Origin: an uncultured Actinomycetes bacterium
GTDB lineage: Bacteria; Actinomycetota; Thermoleophilia; UBA2241
NCBI GenBank assembly: GCA_963725665.1
Contig: CAVRZA010000008.1
Coordinates: 64,001-128,000 of the forward strand
Length of the DNA stretch: 64,000 bases
Reading direction: 5' to 3'
Under the pieces are notes generated by a model. That model had not been told where the DNA came from, ran no database searches, and saw nothing but the letters and a program-made list of their open reading frames with translations. Each line of letters opens with the position of its first letter. The stretch's first letter is position 1. A program made the position numbers and the translations under genes. Positions 30,783 to 42,345 of this stretch are shown piece by piece.

Positions 30783-31156
30783 CAACGGACTCCTCCAGGC
30801 AGAACTCACTCGACCTCGCGCTCGAGATGGCGCGGGTCGTCTCCGCGAAGAAAGCCCACGACGTGGTCGCCCTCGACATGAGCGAGGCGGTCACCTACAC
30901 CGACTACTTCCTCATCTGCAGCGGCACGAGCGCGCGCCAGACCAAGGCCCTTGCCGAGGAGCTGCAGCGGCGCATGCGCGAGCGCGGTGTGCGCCCGGCG
31001 CGCGTCGAGGGCGAGCGCGAGGCCGAATGGATCCTGCTCGACTACCTCGATGTCGTGGTGCACGTCTTCACACCGGCGGCGCGCGACTTCTACCGCCTTG
31101 AGGCGCTCTGGCGCGACGTGCCGCGCCAGGACCTGCCGAGCGAGGCCGTGGGCTGA
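30779..31156 (+). CDS. rsfS: Ribosomal silencing factor RsfS (start uncertain: GTA 30779 or ATG 30827)
   Basis: KKAHDVVALD, DYFLICSG, WILLDY.DVVVHVF, RDFYRLEALW. Confidence 0.95.
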   Translation, partial: VATDSSRQNSLDLALEMARVVSAKKAHDVVALDMSEAVTYTDYFLICSGTSARQTKALAEELQRRMRERGVRPARVEGEREAEWILLDYLDVVVHVFTPAARDFYRLEALWRDVPRQDLPSEAVG

Positions 31157-31265
31157 AATCGCCGCGCGGTCTGCGGGCGCCGCGCCGCGACCGGCCTCCC
31201 GCGACGCGCGTTGTTTCCCGCCGACTGGTCCGCGCGCGCCCGGGCGAGCGGTCCGCTGGTCCCCC

Positions 31266-31295
31266 TTGCCTTCCCTCGCCGAGGGCTGGTAGGGT
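31266..31295 (+). promoter_or_regulatory. Putative promoter for the CAP gene
   Basis: TTGCCT-18 bp-TAGGGT with extended TG. Confidence 0.5.
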
Positions 31296-31424
31296 ACCGC
31301 GCTAACAGGAGCCAAGGGAGCCCGTCACCCAGCGGGGTCCAGCCTCGTCCGAGGTGCGTTGGCATACAAGCGGTGCGCTGCAAGCGCCGCCGCCGGCGGA
31401 CCGAAGCGACCCACTGGAGGAACC

Positions 31425-32021
31425 ATGGGGAAGGGAGTCACCTGGCTTGCGCTGAGCGCAGCCATCCTCGTCACCCTCGTCCTAGTAGCACCCGCTGAAG
31501 CGTCGCTGTTCGTCGACGGGCCGGTCGCGGCAGGCGGCGACGCCGCGAGCGACGTGCAGACGAGCGACGCGGTCCTCGGCACCGTCTCGCTCACCACACC
31601 CGAGCGCACTCTGCTCACCCTCATCAACAAGGCTCGCGCCGCGCGTGGCCTGCACCGCCTTGGTCTGCGGACCACTCTCTGCCGGGCAGCCAAGGCGCAC
31701 TCGCTCTCGATGCTGCGCTTGAGCTACTTCTCGCACAGCTCGGCCTCGGGTGAGACCTTCGCTCAGCGCATCGTGCGTTACGGCTATGGACGTTCCGGCT
31801 GTTCCTCCTGGAGCGTCGGTGAGGTCATCGGCTGGGGCGCCGGCAGCGCCGCCGGCTCACCGAGGGCGATCTTCAGGGCCTGGATGCGCAGCACCGCTCA
31901 CCGCAGCGTGATCTTTACCAAGCGCTGGCGCGACGTCGGCATCGGGCGGGCGTTGGGCGCCTACGCCGGCATCGCCGGCGTGCGCATGTTCACGGTCGAT
32001 TTCGGGCGGCGCATCTACTGA
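31425..32021 (+). CDS. Secreted CAP/SCP-domain protein
   Basis: Signal peptide, INKARAARGL, AAKAHS.M...YFSH, GEVIG, WMRSTAHR, VGIG, FTVDFG. Confidence 0.92.
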   Translation: MGKGVTWLALSAAILVTLVLVAPAEASLFVDGPVAAGGDAASDVQTSDAVLGTVSLTTPERTLLTLINKARAARGLHRLGLRTTLCRAAKAHSLSMLRLSYFSHSSASGETFAQRIVRYGYGRSGCSSWSVGEVIGWGAGSAAGSPRAIFRAWMRSTAHRSVIFTKRWRDVGIGRALGAYAGIAGVRMFTVDFGRRIY

Positions 32022-32085
32022 GGCGACGGGGCGCGGCGCCGGGGGCGCGAAGGCCCCCGGCGCCGCGCCCCGTCGCCTTCTTGCC
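32021..32085 (+). terminator. 26-bp perfect hairpin with a short pyrimidine tail after the CAP gene
   Basis: AGGCGACGGGGCGCGGCGCCGGGGGC-gcgaag-GCCCCCGGCGCCGCGCCCCGTCGCCT followed by TCTT. Confidence 0.8.
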
Positions 32086-32160
32086 GTGCCGCGCTGGGGT
32101 GTGTGCGGCGCTTTCGTCCTGCCGCGACCGCTTGTCGGGCGTCCGGTCGTTGCGATACAC

Positions 32161-32178
32161 TACGAACATACGTTCGTA
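32161..32178. promoter_or_regulatory. LexA (SOS/Cheo) box upstream of dinB
   Basis: TACGAAC-ATAC-GTTCGTA matches Gram-positive CGAAC-N4-GTTCG and abuts the -10-like TATTCT. Confidence 0.93.
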
Positions 32179-32188
32179 TTCTACTTCC

Positions 32189-33397
32189 ATGAGGGCCATC
32201 ATCCACATCGACATGGACGCCTTCTTCGCCTCCGTCGAGCAGGCGCGGCGACCCGAGCTGCGCGGCCTGCCGGTGATCGTCGGCGGCCGGCCGGGCTCGC
32301 GTGGCGTGGTGGCCACGGCCTCCTACGAGGCACGGGCGTGTGGGGTGCGCACGGCCATGCCCATAGCGCAGGCGCAGCGCCTCTGCCCTGAAGGGGTGTA
32401 CCTGCCGGTCGACATGGCCGCCTACTCCGCCGTGCATCGCCGCCTGCAGGAGCTCTACGGACGCTTCACCGACCTGGTCGAGCCACTCTCCATCGACGAG
32501 GCGTGCCTCGACGTGACCGGCAGCCGCCGCCTCTTCGGACCGCCGCAGACGATCGCCCGCCGCCTGCAGGAGCTGGTCCGCGACGAGCACGACCTCACCT
32601 GCTCGCTCGGCATCGGCTCCACCAAGCTGCTGGCCAAGATCGCCTCCAACCTGAGCAAGCCCTGCGGCATCGGTGAACTGACCGACGACGACGTCGGCGG
32701 CCGCCTGCGCGAGCTCTCGGTCGGCGAGCTCTGGGGCATCGGCCCGGCCACCGAGGAGCGGCTGCGCTCACTGGGGCTGGCGACGGTGGGCGCCCTGCAG
32801 GACGTCCCCCTGTCCGTGCTGGCGGCCGCCTTCGGCAAGGGCGCGTACGGCCTCAAGCGGCTCGCTGTGGGGAGCGGCGGCTCCGCGGTACACGCCGGGC
32901 ACGCGGGGCCCAAGTCGCTCGGCCACGAGGTGACGTTCGCAGAAGACGTCAACGACCCCGAGTTTCTGCGCGCGACGCTGCTCTCTCTCACCGACGCCAC
33001 CATGTCGGGCCTGCGCGCCAAGGGCTTCTCGGCGCGCACCGTCGCCCTCAAGGTGCGCTACAGCACCTTCCACACGCTGACCCGTCGCTGTACGTTGCCG
33101 GTGCCGGCGATGAGCACCCGTCCCGTCTACGAGGTGATCCTCGAGCTGCTCGCCGAGCTCGATCTGCGCGGACGCTGGGTACGCCTCCTCGGCGTCGCGG
33201 CGAGCAACCTGCACACCAAGGCGTTCCAGCTCACCTTCGACGACCACTGGAAGGAGATCGCTCTGAGCGACGCGGTCGACCAGGTGCGTGCCAAGTACGG
33301 CGCGCGCGCCTTGCGGCTGGCGGCCACCGACCTCGCTCCGCGAGGCTCTCCGGCGCCAGCCGCAGGCCCGCGCGCCGCCTCCACCGCCGTATGCTAG
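32189..33397 (+). CDS. dinB: DNA polymerase IV (Y family)
   Basis: IIHIDMDAFFASVE, ASYEAR, SIDEA, KLLAKIAS, WGIG, little-finger domain. Confidence 0.96.
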   Translation: MRAIIHIDMDAFFASVEQARRPELRGLPVIVGGRPGSRGVVATASYEARACGVRTAMPIAQAQRLCPEGVYLPVDMAAYSAVHRRLQELYGRFTDLVEPLSIDEACLDVTGSRRLFGPPQTIARRLQELVRDEHDLTCSLGIGSTKLLAKIASNLSKPCGIGELTDDDVGGRLRELSVGELWGIGPATEERLRSLGLATVGALQDVPLSVLAAAFGKGAYGLKRLAVGSGGSAVHAGHAGPKSLGHEVTFAEDVNDPEFLRATLLSLTDATMSGLRAKGFSARTVALKVRYSTFHTLTRRCTLPVPAMSTRPVYEVILELLAELDLRGRWVRLLGVAASNLHTKAFQLTFDDHWKEIALSDAVDQVRAKYGARALRLAATDLAPRGSPAPAAGPRAASTAVC

Positions 33398-33527
33398 ACT
33401 TCACCATTTGCGGGCCCGCTCGCCGGCATCGCCGGCGGCCCCGCCATCTTAGGCTGTGCACCGACGCGGTCCTCCAGGCGGCAGTGCCGCGCCCGCCGGG
33501 GAGCCGTCCGACAAGGAGACAACGAGC

Positions 33528-35603
33528 ATGACAGACCCGGGCAAGATCAGGAACATCGCACTCGTCGGTCACCGAGGGACGGGCAAGACGGCGCTCTTCG
33601 AGGCCCTGCTCTACCGGGGCGGCGTCGTGAATCGTCTCGGCAAGGTCGAAGAGGGCACGACCGTGTCCGACTACGACGACGACGAGAAGCGGCGTCAGCT
33701 CAGCCTGCAGGGCACGCTGGCGCACGTCGAGCGCGGCGGCCTCACCCTCAACCTGATCGACACCCCCGGCGATCCCAGCTTCCAGGCCGACACGATCGCG
33801 GCGCTGCGCGTCGTCGAGACGGCCCTCATCACCGTCAACTCCGTGCCCGGTGTCGAGGTGCAGACCGAGCGTCTCTGGGGTCGCGCCGCCGAGCAGGGGC
33901 TGGCGAGGCTCTTCTTCTGCAACATGCTCGACCGCGAGCGCGCCGATCTGGCCGCTACGGTCGCGGCGCTACGCGCGGCCTTCGGCCAGCAAGTGGTGCC
34001 GGTGCAGCTGCCCATCGGCGCCGAGCACGAGTTCAAGGGAGTCGTCGACCTCCTCACGATGAAGGCGCACATGGTCGACGGTCAGAAGGCCCTCGTCGGC
34101 GATGTCCCGGCCGAGCTCGCCGACGCGGCGGCCGAGGCTCGCGCGACGCTCATCGAGGTGGTCGCCGAGACCAGCGACGAGCTGCTCGAGAAGTTCTTCG
34201 CCGACGAGGAGATCAGCGAAGCCGAGCTCAAGGTGGCCATGGCGGCGGCGATCGCCGGCGGCCAGCTGTTCCCGGCGGCCGCCGGCTCGGCGGTGCACCT
34301 CGTGGGCGTCGACCCGCTGCTCGATCTTCTCGGGGCGACCCCGGCGCCGACCGCCGTCGCCGGTACCGTCGTGAGCACCGCCGACGGCTCGGAGGCGCAG
34401 CTCGTCTGCGACCCGGCTAAGCCGGCGGCGGCGTTCGTCTTCAAGACGCTCGCCGACCCCTTTAGCGGACGCATCAACGTGTTCCGCGTCTTCCAGGGCA
34501 CCGTGAGCGGCGACAGCACCGCGGTAGTCATGCGCGACGCTCACAAGGAGCGGTTCGGACAGCTCCTCAAGCCACAGGGCAAGGAGAACAAGCCGGTCGA
34601 GAAGCTGGTCGCGGGCGACATCGGGGCCGTGGCGAAGCTCAAAGACGTCGTCACCGGCGACTCGCTCTGCGCTGAGGGCGAGCTTGTCACCTTCCCCGCT
34701 ATCAGCTTCCCGGCGCCTCTCATGTCGTTCGCCGTGAGCGCCAAGAGCAAGGGCGACGAAGACAAGGTGATCGCCGCCCTGCGCCGTCTCGCCGAAGAAG
34801 ATCCCATGATGGAGCTCCATCGCGACGAGCAGACCGGCGAGACGATCGTCGGTGGCATGAGCCAGGTGCACGTTGAAGTGATCGTCGAACGCGTCAAGCG
34901 ACGTTTCGGCGTCGAGGTCGACCTCAAGCCGCCGCGCGTGCCCTACCGCGAGACGGTCAAGATGAGCGCCAAGGCCCAGGGGCGGCACAAGAAGCAGACG
35001 GGCGGCCGCGGACAGTTCGGCGACACGTGGGTCGAGCTGCAGCCGATGGGGCGCGGCGAGGGTTTCGAGTTCGTCGACAAGATCGTCGGCGGGGTCATCC
35101 CGCGCAACTACATACCCGCGGTCGAGAAGGGCATCGTCGAGGCCATGCGCGACGGTTACCTGGCCGGCTACCCCGTGGTCGACGTGCGCGTCATCCTTTA
35201 CGACGGCTCGCACCACCCGGTCGACTCGTCGGAGATGGCGTTCAAGATCGCCGGGTCGATCGGCTTCAAGAACGCCATCGAGAAGGCGCAGCCGGTGTTG
35301 CTCGAGCCCATCATGACCGTCGAGGTCACGGTGCCCGAGGAGAACGTCGGCGACATCATCGGCGACCTCAACTCCCGCCGCGGCAGGGTCCTGGGCATGA
35401 ACCCGCGCGGCACCTACAGCGTGGTCGCCGCCGAAGTGCCGCTGGCCGAGATGCTCACCTACGCGCCCGACCTCACGTCGATGACCGGCGGGCGCGGCGA
35501 CTACTCGATGGAGTTCCTGCGCTACGAAGAAGTGCCGGCGCACCTGGCGCAGAAGATCATCGACGCGGCCAAGAAAGAGAAAGAAGCCGCCCAGAAGGGC
35601 TAG
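33528..35603 (+). CDS. Elongation factor G paralog (EF-G2 type)
   Basis: Full EF-G domain set with KQTGGRGQFG and DGSHHPVDSSEMAF; divergent G motifs (GHRGTGKT, DTPGD, NMLD); not in the str operon. Confidence 0.93.
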   Translation: MTDPGKIRNIALVGHRGTGKTALFEALLYRGGVVNRLGKVEEGTTVSDYDDDEKRRQLSLQGTLAHVERGGLTLNLIDTPGDPSFQADTIAALRVVETALITVNSVPGVEVQTERLWGRAAEQGLARLFFCNMLDRERADLAATVAALRAAFGQQVVPVQLPIGAEHEFKGVVDLLTMKAHMVDGQKALVGDVPAELADAAAEARATLIEVVAETSDELLEKFFADEEISEAELKVAMAAAIAGGQLFPAAAGSAVHLVGVDPLLDLLGATPAPTAVAGTVVSTADGSEAQLVCDPAKPAAAFVFKTLADPFSGRINVFRVFQGTVSGDSTAVVMRDAHKERFGQLLKPQGKENKPVEKLVAGDIGAVAKLKDVVTGDSLCAEGELVTFPAISFPAPLMSFAVSAKSKGDEDKVIAALRRLAEEDPMMELHRDEQTGETIVGGMSQVHVEVIVERVKRRFGVEVDLKPPRVPYRETVKMSAKAQGRHKKQTGGRGQFGDTWVELQPMGRGEGFEFVDKIVGGVIPRNYIPAVEKGIVEAMRDGYLAGYPVVDVRVILYDGSHHPVDSSEMAFKIAGSIGFKNAIEKAQPVLLEPIMTVEVTVPEENVGDIIGDLNSRRGRVLGMNPRGTYSVVAAEVPLAEMLTYAPDLTSMTGGRGDYSMEFLRYEEVPAHLAQKIIDAAKKEKEAAQKG

Positions 35604-35719
35604 GCGGGTCGCGGCTCGCCGCCGCTCCCACTCCTCGCGCCGGCGGGTGTTTGGTCCTGCAAATCGGCGCAGAATGATACGCTACGCGAGCACAGGCAGA
35701 GTCGGGAGGTGACTTCCTG

Positions 35720-36469
35720 ATGTCCGGACACTCGAAGTGGTCGACGATCAAGCACAAGAAGGGCAAGGAAGACGCCAAGCGAGGCCAGCTCTTCTCGAAG
35801 CTGGCGCGCGCCATCATGGTGGCGGCGCGCGAGGGTGGAGCCGACGTCGGCTCGAACACGGCTCTGGCGGCCGCCATCGAGAAGGCGCGCAGCTACAGCA
35901 TGCCCAAAGACAACATCGACCGCGCGATACAGCGCGGCTCCGGTGAGGGCGGCGGTGATGCGTTCGAGCGCATCACCTACGAAGGTTACGGTCCCGCCGG
36001 GGTGGCGATCATCGTCGAGGTGCTCACCGACAACCGCAACCGTTCCGCCTCAAGCGTGCGCAGCGTCTTCACCAAGCACAACGGCGCCCTGGGGCAGCCC
36101 GGCTCGGTGGCGTGGATCTTCGAGCGTCGCGGCTCTGTCGTGGTCGACGCCGGCAAGTACACCGAGGACGACGTCATGGCGGCGGCCATCGAGGGCGGCG
36201 CCGACGACGTGGTGCGCGACGGCGAGACCTTCCAGGTGCTCTGCGAGCCGAGCGAGCTCTCTGTAGTGCGCGAGGCCATCGAGCAAGCCGGGATTGAGTA
36301 CGAGCAGGCCGAGCTGACGCTGCAGCCCAAGTCGACCGTGCAGCTCGACGAGGCTGAGGCGCGCAAGACGCTGCGCCTCGTCGACGCGCTCGAGGACATC
36401 GACGACGTCCAGGACGTCTACGCCAACTTCGACATCCCCGAAGAGGTGCTCGAGGCGGTCGCGGGCTAG
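35720..36469 (+). CDS. yebC: YebC/PmpR family protein
   Basis: MSGHSKWSTIKHKK, YEGYGP, LTDNRNR, DDVQDVYAN. Confidence 0.97.
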   Translation: MSGHSKWSTIKHKKGKEDAKRGQLFSKLARAIMVAAREGGADVGSNTALAAAIEKARSYSMPKDNIDRAIQRGSGEGGGDAFERITYEGYGPAGVAIIVEVLTDNRNRSASSVRSVFTKHNGALGQPGSVAWIFERRGSVVVDAGKYTEDDVMAAAIEGGADDVVRDGETFQVLCEPSELSVVREAIEQAGIEYEQAELTLQPKSTVQLDEAEARKTLRLVDALEDIDDVQDVYANFDIPEEVLEAVAG

Positions 36470-36525
36470 CCTCGCGGCTCGTCTGTGAGGCGCCGGCCGG
36501 ATGTGAGCAGCGAAAGGGGAACAGG

Positions 36526-37020
36526 GTGATCGTGCTGGGGATCGATCCGGGCACGGCCAGCACTGGGTGGGGTGCGGTCGAGCAGGAAGGCAACCGGTTG
36601 CGCTCGGTGGGGCACGGGTGCATCGTCACCTCCGCCAAGGCCGAGACCCATCTGCGTCTGCGCCAGATTTACGACGAGAGCCTGGCGCTGCTCGAGCGCT
36701 TCGCGCCCGACGCCGTGGCGATTGAGGAGCTCTTCGTCAACGTCAACGTGAAGACCGCGCTGGCTGTGGGGCACGCGCGCGGGGTGATCATCCTGGCCGC
36801 CTCGCGGCACGACATCTCGCCGGCCGAGTACACGCCCCTGGCCATCAAGCAGGCCGTCACCGGGTACGGCAGGGCGAGCAAGGTGCAGGTGCAGGAGATG
36901 ACCAAGGTGCTCCTGGGACTGCCCAAGATCCCGCAGCCCGACCACGCCGCCGACGCCCTGGCGGTCGCCATCTGCCATTTGCACACGTCGAAGCTGCTGG
37001 CGGGGGTGCCGCGCCCGTGA
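36526..37020 (+). CDS. ruvC: Holliday junction resolvase RuvC
   Basis: LGIDPG, AIEELF, KQAVTGYG, DHAADALAVA. Confidence 0.97.
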   Translation: MIVLGIDPGTASTGWGAVEQEGNRLRSVGHGCIVTSAKAETHLRLRQIYDESLALLERFAPDAVAIEELFVNVNVKTALAVGHARGVIILAASRHDISPAEYTPLAIKQAVTGYGRASKVQVQEMTKVLLGLPKIPQPDHAADALAVAICHLHTSKLLAGVPRP

Positions 37021-37658
37021 TCGCGTCGCTGCGCGGCACGGTCTTGAGCGTTGAGGCCGACCGAGCGATCGTCGAGACCGGCGGGGTCGGTTTCGCTGTG
37101 CAGGCGCCGGCTACGCTCCTCGCGCGGCTCTCACGCGACATAGACTCCGAAGTGTTCGTGTACACCTACCTGCACGTGCGCGACGACGCGCTGCAGCTCT
37201 TCGGCTTCGCCTCATCGCGCGAACGGGAGTTCTTCCTCACCCTGATCGGCATCAGCGGGGTCGGTCCCAAGGTCGGTCTGGCCATCCTCTCGGCCTATCC
37301 GATCGACCAGCTCGAGACCGCCGTCATGCGCGACGACACGCGCAAGTTCGAGGCTATCCCGGGCATCGGCAAGAAGCTCGCCCAGCGGCTCATGATCGAG
37401 CTCAAAGACAAGGTGGGACCCGACCTCTCTGAGGTCGGCGTGAGCGCTGGCGGCCTCGCCGGCGGCGAGGCCGCCAGCGCGTTCGTCCTCGCGCGGCGAG
37501 CGCTCGAGAACCTGGGCCTGACGCTGCGCGAGGCCGAAGAAGCCCTCAAGGGCGCGCCCGAGGAGGCGCCGCTCGAGGAGCTTGTGCGCTACGCGCTCAA
37601 GCGCAAGCCGGCGCCGGCGCCGGGTGCGCCTCCCGCCTCGGAGCCGTCCGATGACTGA
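37017..37658 (+). CDS. ruvA: Holliday junction branch migration protein RuvA
   Basis: MIASLRG, LFGF, SGVGPK, PGIGKK. Confidence 0.97.
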   Translation: MIASLRGTVLSVEADRAIVETGGVGFAVQAPATLLARLSRDIDSEVFVYTYLHVRDDALQLFGFASSREREFFLTLIGISGVGPKVGLAILSAYPIDQLETAVMRDDTRKFEAIPGIGKKLAQRLMIELKDKVGPDLSEVGVSAGGLAGGEAASAFVLARRALENLGLTLREAEEALKGAPEEAPLEELVRYALKRKPAPAPGAPPASEPSDD

Positions 37659-38685
37659 GTACCGACCGCGTATCGCCGATCCCAAGGAGTCCGCCGACGA
37701 CCGCGATGTCGAGCTGTCGCTGCGGCCGCGTCGCTTCGTCGACTTCGTCGGGCAGCACAACGTCAAGGAGCAGCTCGAGATCTTCGTGCAGGCGGCCAAG
37801 AACCGCGGCGAGACGCTCGATCACGTGCTGCTCGCCGGGCCTCCCGGCTTGGGCAAGACGACGCTCGCGGGCATCATCGCCACCGAGCTCGAGGTGAGCG
37901 TGCACACGACCTCTGGGCCGGCGCTGGAGCGCAAGGTCGACGTCGCCGGCATCCTCACCAACCTGCAGCCCGGCGACGTGCTCTTCGTCGACGAGATCCA
38001 CCGTCTCAACGCCGCCGTCGAGGAGGTCCTCTACCCGGCCATGGAGGACTTCGAGATCGACATCATGATCGGCGAGGGCCCCGCGGCGCGCAGCATCCGC
38101 ATGTCGGTGCCGTCGTTCACGCTGATCGGGGCCACGACACGGACCGGTCTGTTGACGACGCCGCTGCGCGACCGCTTCGGGGTGTGGCAGCGGCTGGAGT
38201 ACTACGACGAGGACGAGCTGGCCACCATCGTGCGGCGCTCCGCCGGCATCCTCGGGGTGAGCATCGACGGTGAGTCGGCTGAGGCCATCGCCGCCCGGGC
38301 ACGCGGCACGCCGCGCGTCGCCAACCGCCTGCTGCGCCGTGTGCGCGACTACGCCGAGGTGCGCCACGAAGGTGACATCGACGCCGAGATCTGCCTGAAG
38401 GCGCTGCAGCTCTTCCAGGTCGACGGCGAGGGGCTCGACAAGCTCGACCGCGACATCCTGCAGGCGATCTGCACCAAGTTCGACGGCGGGCCGGTGGGCC
38501 TCGATACCCTGGCGGTCGCGCTCGGCGAAGAGGCTGACACCCTCATGGACGTCTACGAGCCCTACCTCATCATGCGCGGCTTTCTCAAGCGCACGCCGCG
38601 GGGCCGCGTGCTGACCAAGAGCGGGTTCAGGCACTGCGGCGTCGAGCCGCCGGCGAGCACCGTCGGCGAGACGCTCTTCGACTGA
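37651..38685 (+). CDS. ruvB: Holliday junction branch migration helicase RuvB
   Basis: [29 protein letters not shown]. Confidence 0.98.
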   Translation: MTEYRPRIADPKESADDRDVELSLRPRRFVDFVGQHNVKEQLEIFVQAAKNRGETLDHVLLAGPPGLGKTTLAGIIATELEVSVHTTSGPALERKVDVAGILTNLQPGDVLFVDEIHRLNAAVEEVLYPAMEDFEIDIMIGEGPAARSIRMSVPSFTLIGATTRTGLLTTPLRDRFGVWQRLEYYDEDELATIVRRSAGILGVSIDGESAEAIAARARGTPRVANRLLRRVRDYAEVRHEGDIDAEICLKALQLFQVDGEGLDKLDRDILQAICTKFDGGPVGLDTLAVALGEEADTLMDVYEPYLIMRGFLKRTPRGRVLTKSGFRHCGVEPPASTVGETLFD

Positions 38686-38776
38686 TCCGGGCGGTGGGCT
38701 GCGGTGGCACCCAGGAGTGCGCCGCGTTGCGAGGGCGCCGAGCCAGGCGGCCCGGCGTCCCTGAGTGAGGCGCGCG

Positions 38777-38782
38777 TATAAT
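38777..38782 (+). promoter_or_regulatory. -10 TATAAT, probable leaderless promoter of the que operon
   Basis: TATAAT ends 6 nt before the queH ATG. Confidence 0.75.
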
Positions 38783-38788
38783 CGAGGC

Positions 38789-39385
38789 ATGGACGGCCTC
38801 CTGCTTCACGCGTGCTGCGGGCCCTGCAGCACGGTCTCGGTGCCGGCTTGGCGGTGCACCGGTCTCGAGCCCACGTTGCTGTTCGTGAACCCCAACATCC
38901 ACCCGGCGACCGAGCTCGCGCGACGTCTCGAGTCGCTCGAGCGTTTCGCCGAGGTCGCGGGGGTCGGGCTCGTGGCCGACGCGAGCCTCGGCCCGGCCGA
39001 CTGGCTGGCGGCGCTTGGGGCAGGGAACGAGGACGTCGCCGCCGTGGCCGCCGACGACGAGGTGCGCTGCGCCGCCTGCCTGCGGCTGCGCTTGCGCGCA
39101 ACGGCGCGGCAGGCGGCGCAGCGTGGGCTGCCCCGTTTCTCGACCACACTCACGGTGAGCCCGCACCAGCGACACGACCTGATCGAGAGGGCCGGGGACG
39201 AAGCGGCCGCGGAGTGGGGCGTCGAGTTCCTCTACCGCGACCTGCGTCCGCACTTCCGCCGCAGCTACGACGAGAGCCGTCGCCTCGGTCTCTACCGCCA
39301 GCGCTACTGCGGCTGTGCGGTGAGCAAGTGGCGCGCCTGGGAGTCACGCCGCGCCCGCCGCGACGCCGCGGCGCGGGCGAGCTAG
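38789..39385 (+). CDS. queH: Epoxyqueuosine reductase QueH (DUF208)
   Basis: LLLHACCGPCS, NPNIHP, RCxxC, STTL, YRQRYCGC. Confidence 0.93.
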   Translation: MDGLLLHACCGPCSTVSVPAWRCTGLEPTLLFVNPNIHPATELARRLESLERFAEVAGVGLVADASLGPADWLAALGAGNEDVAAVAADDEVRCAACLRLRLRATARQAAQRGLPRFSTTLTVSPHQRHDLIERAGDEAAAEWGVEFLYRDLRPHFRRSYDESRRLGLYRQRYCGCAVSKWRAWESRRARRDAAARAS

Positions 39386-39386
39386 C

Positions 39387-39475
39387 GTGACGCTCTTCGC
39401 CGTCGGCGCCCCCGTCGGCGTCATGGTCGCCGTTAGCGTGCTGCTGACGGTGCTGCTCAACCTGCTGCCGCGCGG

Positions 39476-39479
<4 letters not shown>
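39387..39479 (+). CDS. 30-aa hydrophobic ORF resembling the C-terminal TM half of DUF2905 proteins
   Basis: MTLFAVGAPVGVMVAVSVLLTVLLNLLPRG; fills the queH-queA gap and overlaps queA by ATGA. Confidence 0.6.
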
Positions 39480-41732
<2,253 letters not shown>

Positions 41733-41738
41733 GCACTT

Positions 41739-42209
41739 ATGGGAGGCGGCGGCGCCATCATCTTCGTCTACATCATCTTGTTCGTGGGTGTGTTCTACTT
41801 CCTCGCCGTGCGGCCGCAGCGCCGCCAGCGCCGGGCGCACCAGGAGATGCTGACCATGCTCAAGAAGGGCGACGAGATCGTCACCATCGGGGGCATGTTC
41901 GGCACCATCAAGGAGCTGCGCGAGGACTACGTGGTCCTCGAGATAGCCAACCGTGTGAAGGTGAAGTACCTCAAGCGCGCCATCTCCCAGATCGTGAGCG
42001 AGGAAGAAGAAGAGGACTACGAGGAGTACGAGGAGTACGAGGAGGAAGCCGAGGAGGAACCCGAGGAGCTCGAAGCGGCCGACGAAGAGGCGGATGACGA
42101 GCCCCTCGATGAGGCGGGCGACGAAGCCGAGGAGGACACCGGCGAGACCGAGGCCGAGGAACCTACACCTCCCGAGGCTCCCGAGGCACCCAAAGCGCCC
42201 AAGACCTGA
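41739..42209 (+). CDS. yajC: Preprotein translocase subunit YajC with a long acidic tail
   Basis: TM, RPQRRQ, LKKGDEIVTIGG; follows tgt. Confidence 0.93.
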   Translation: MGGGGAIIFVYIILFVGVFYFLAVRPQRRQRRAHQEMLTMLKKGDEIVTIGGMFGTIKELREDYVVLEIANRVKVKYLKRAISQIVSEEEEEDYEEYEEYEEEAEEEPEELEAADEEADDEPLDEAGDEAEEDTGETEAEEPTPPEAPEAPKAPKT

Positions 42210-42227
42210 GATCGGCGGCGGCGCGTC

Positions 42228-42274
42228 GGAGCGCGCGGGAGGGCGGCTCGTCGAGCCGCCCTCCCGCGCGCTCC
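42228..42274. terminator. 23-bp perfect inverted repeat with 1-nt spacer between yajC and parA
   Basis: GGAGCGCGCGGGAGGGCGGCTCG-t-CGAGCCGCCCTCCCGCGCGCTCC; no U-tract. Confidence 0.6.
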
Positions 42275-42345
42275 AGCCATGCAGGGTTTCGCCTGCGGCG
42301 CCAGAAAATAGTGCGGAACACCCGCGATCCAAGGAGCTGGGGCCA

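Noticed and set aside
31157-31424. tRNA or known cyclic-dinucleotide riboswitch in the rsfS-CAP gap
   Set aside because: There is no T-loop/cloverleaf with conserved bases and no recognisable ydaO or GEMM consensus; kept only as an unknown leader candidate.
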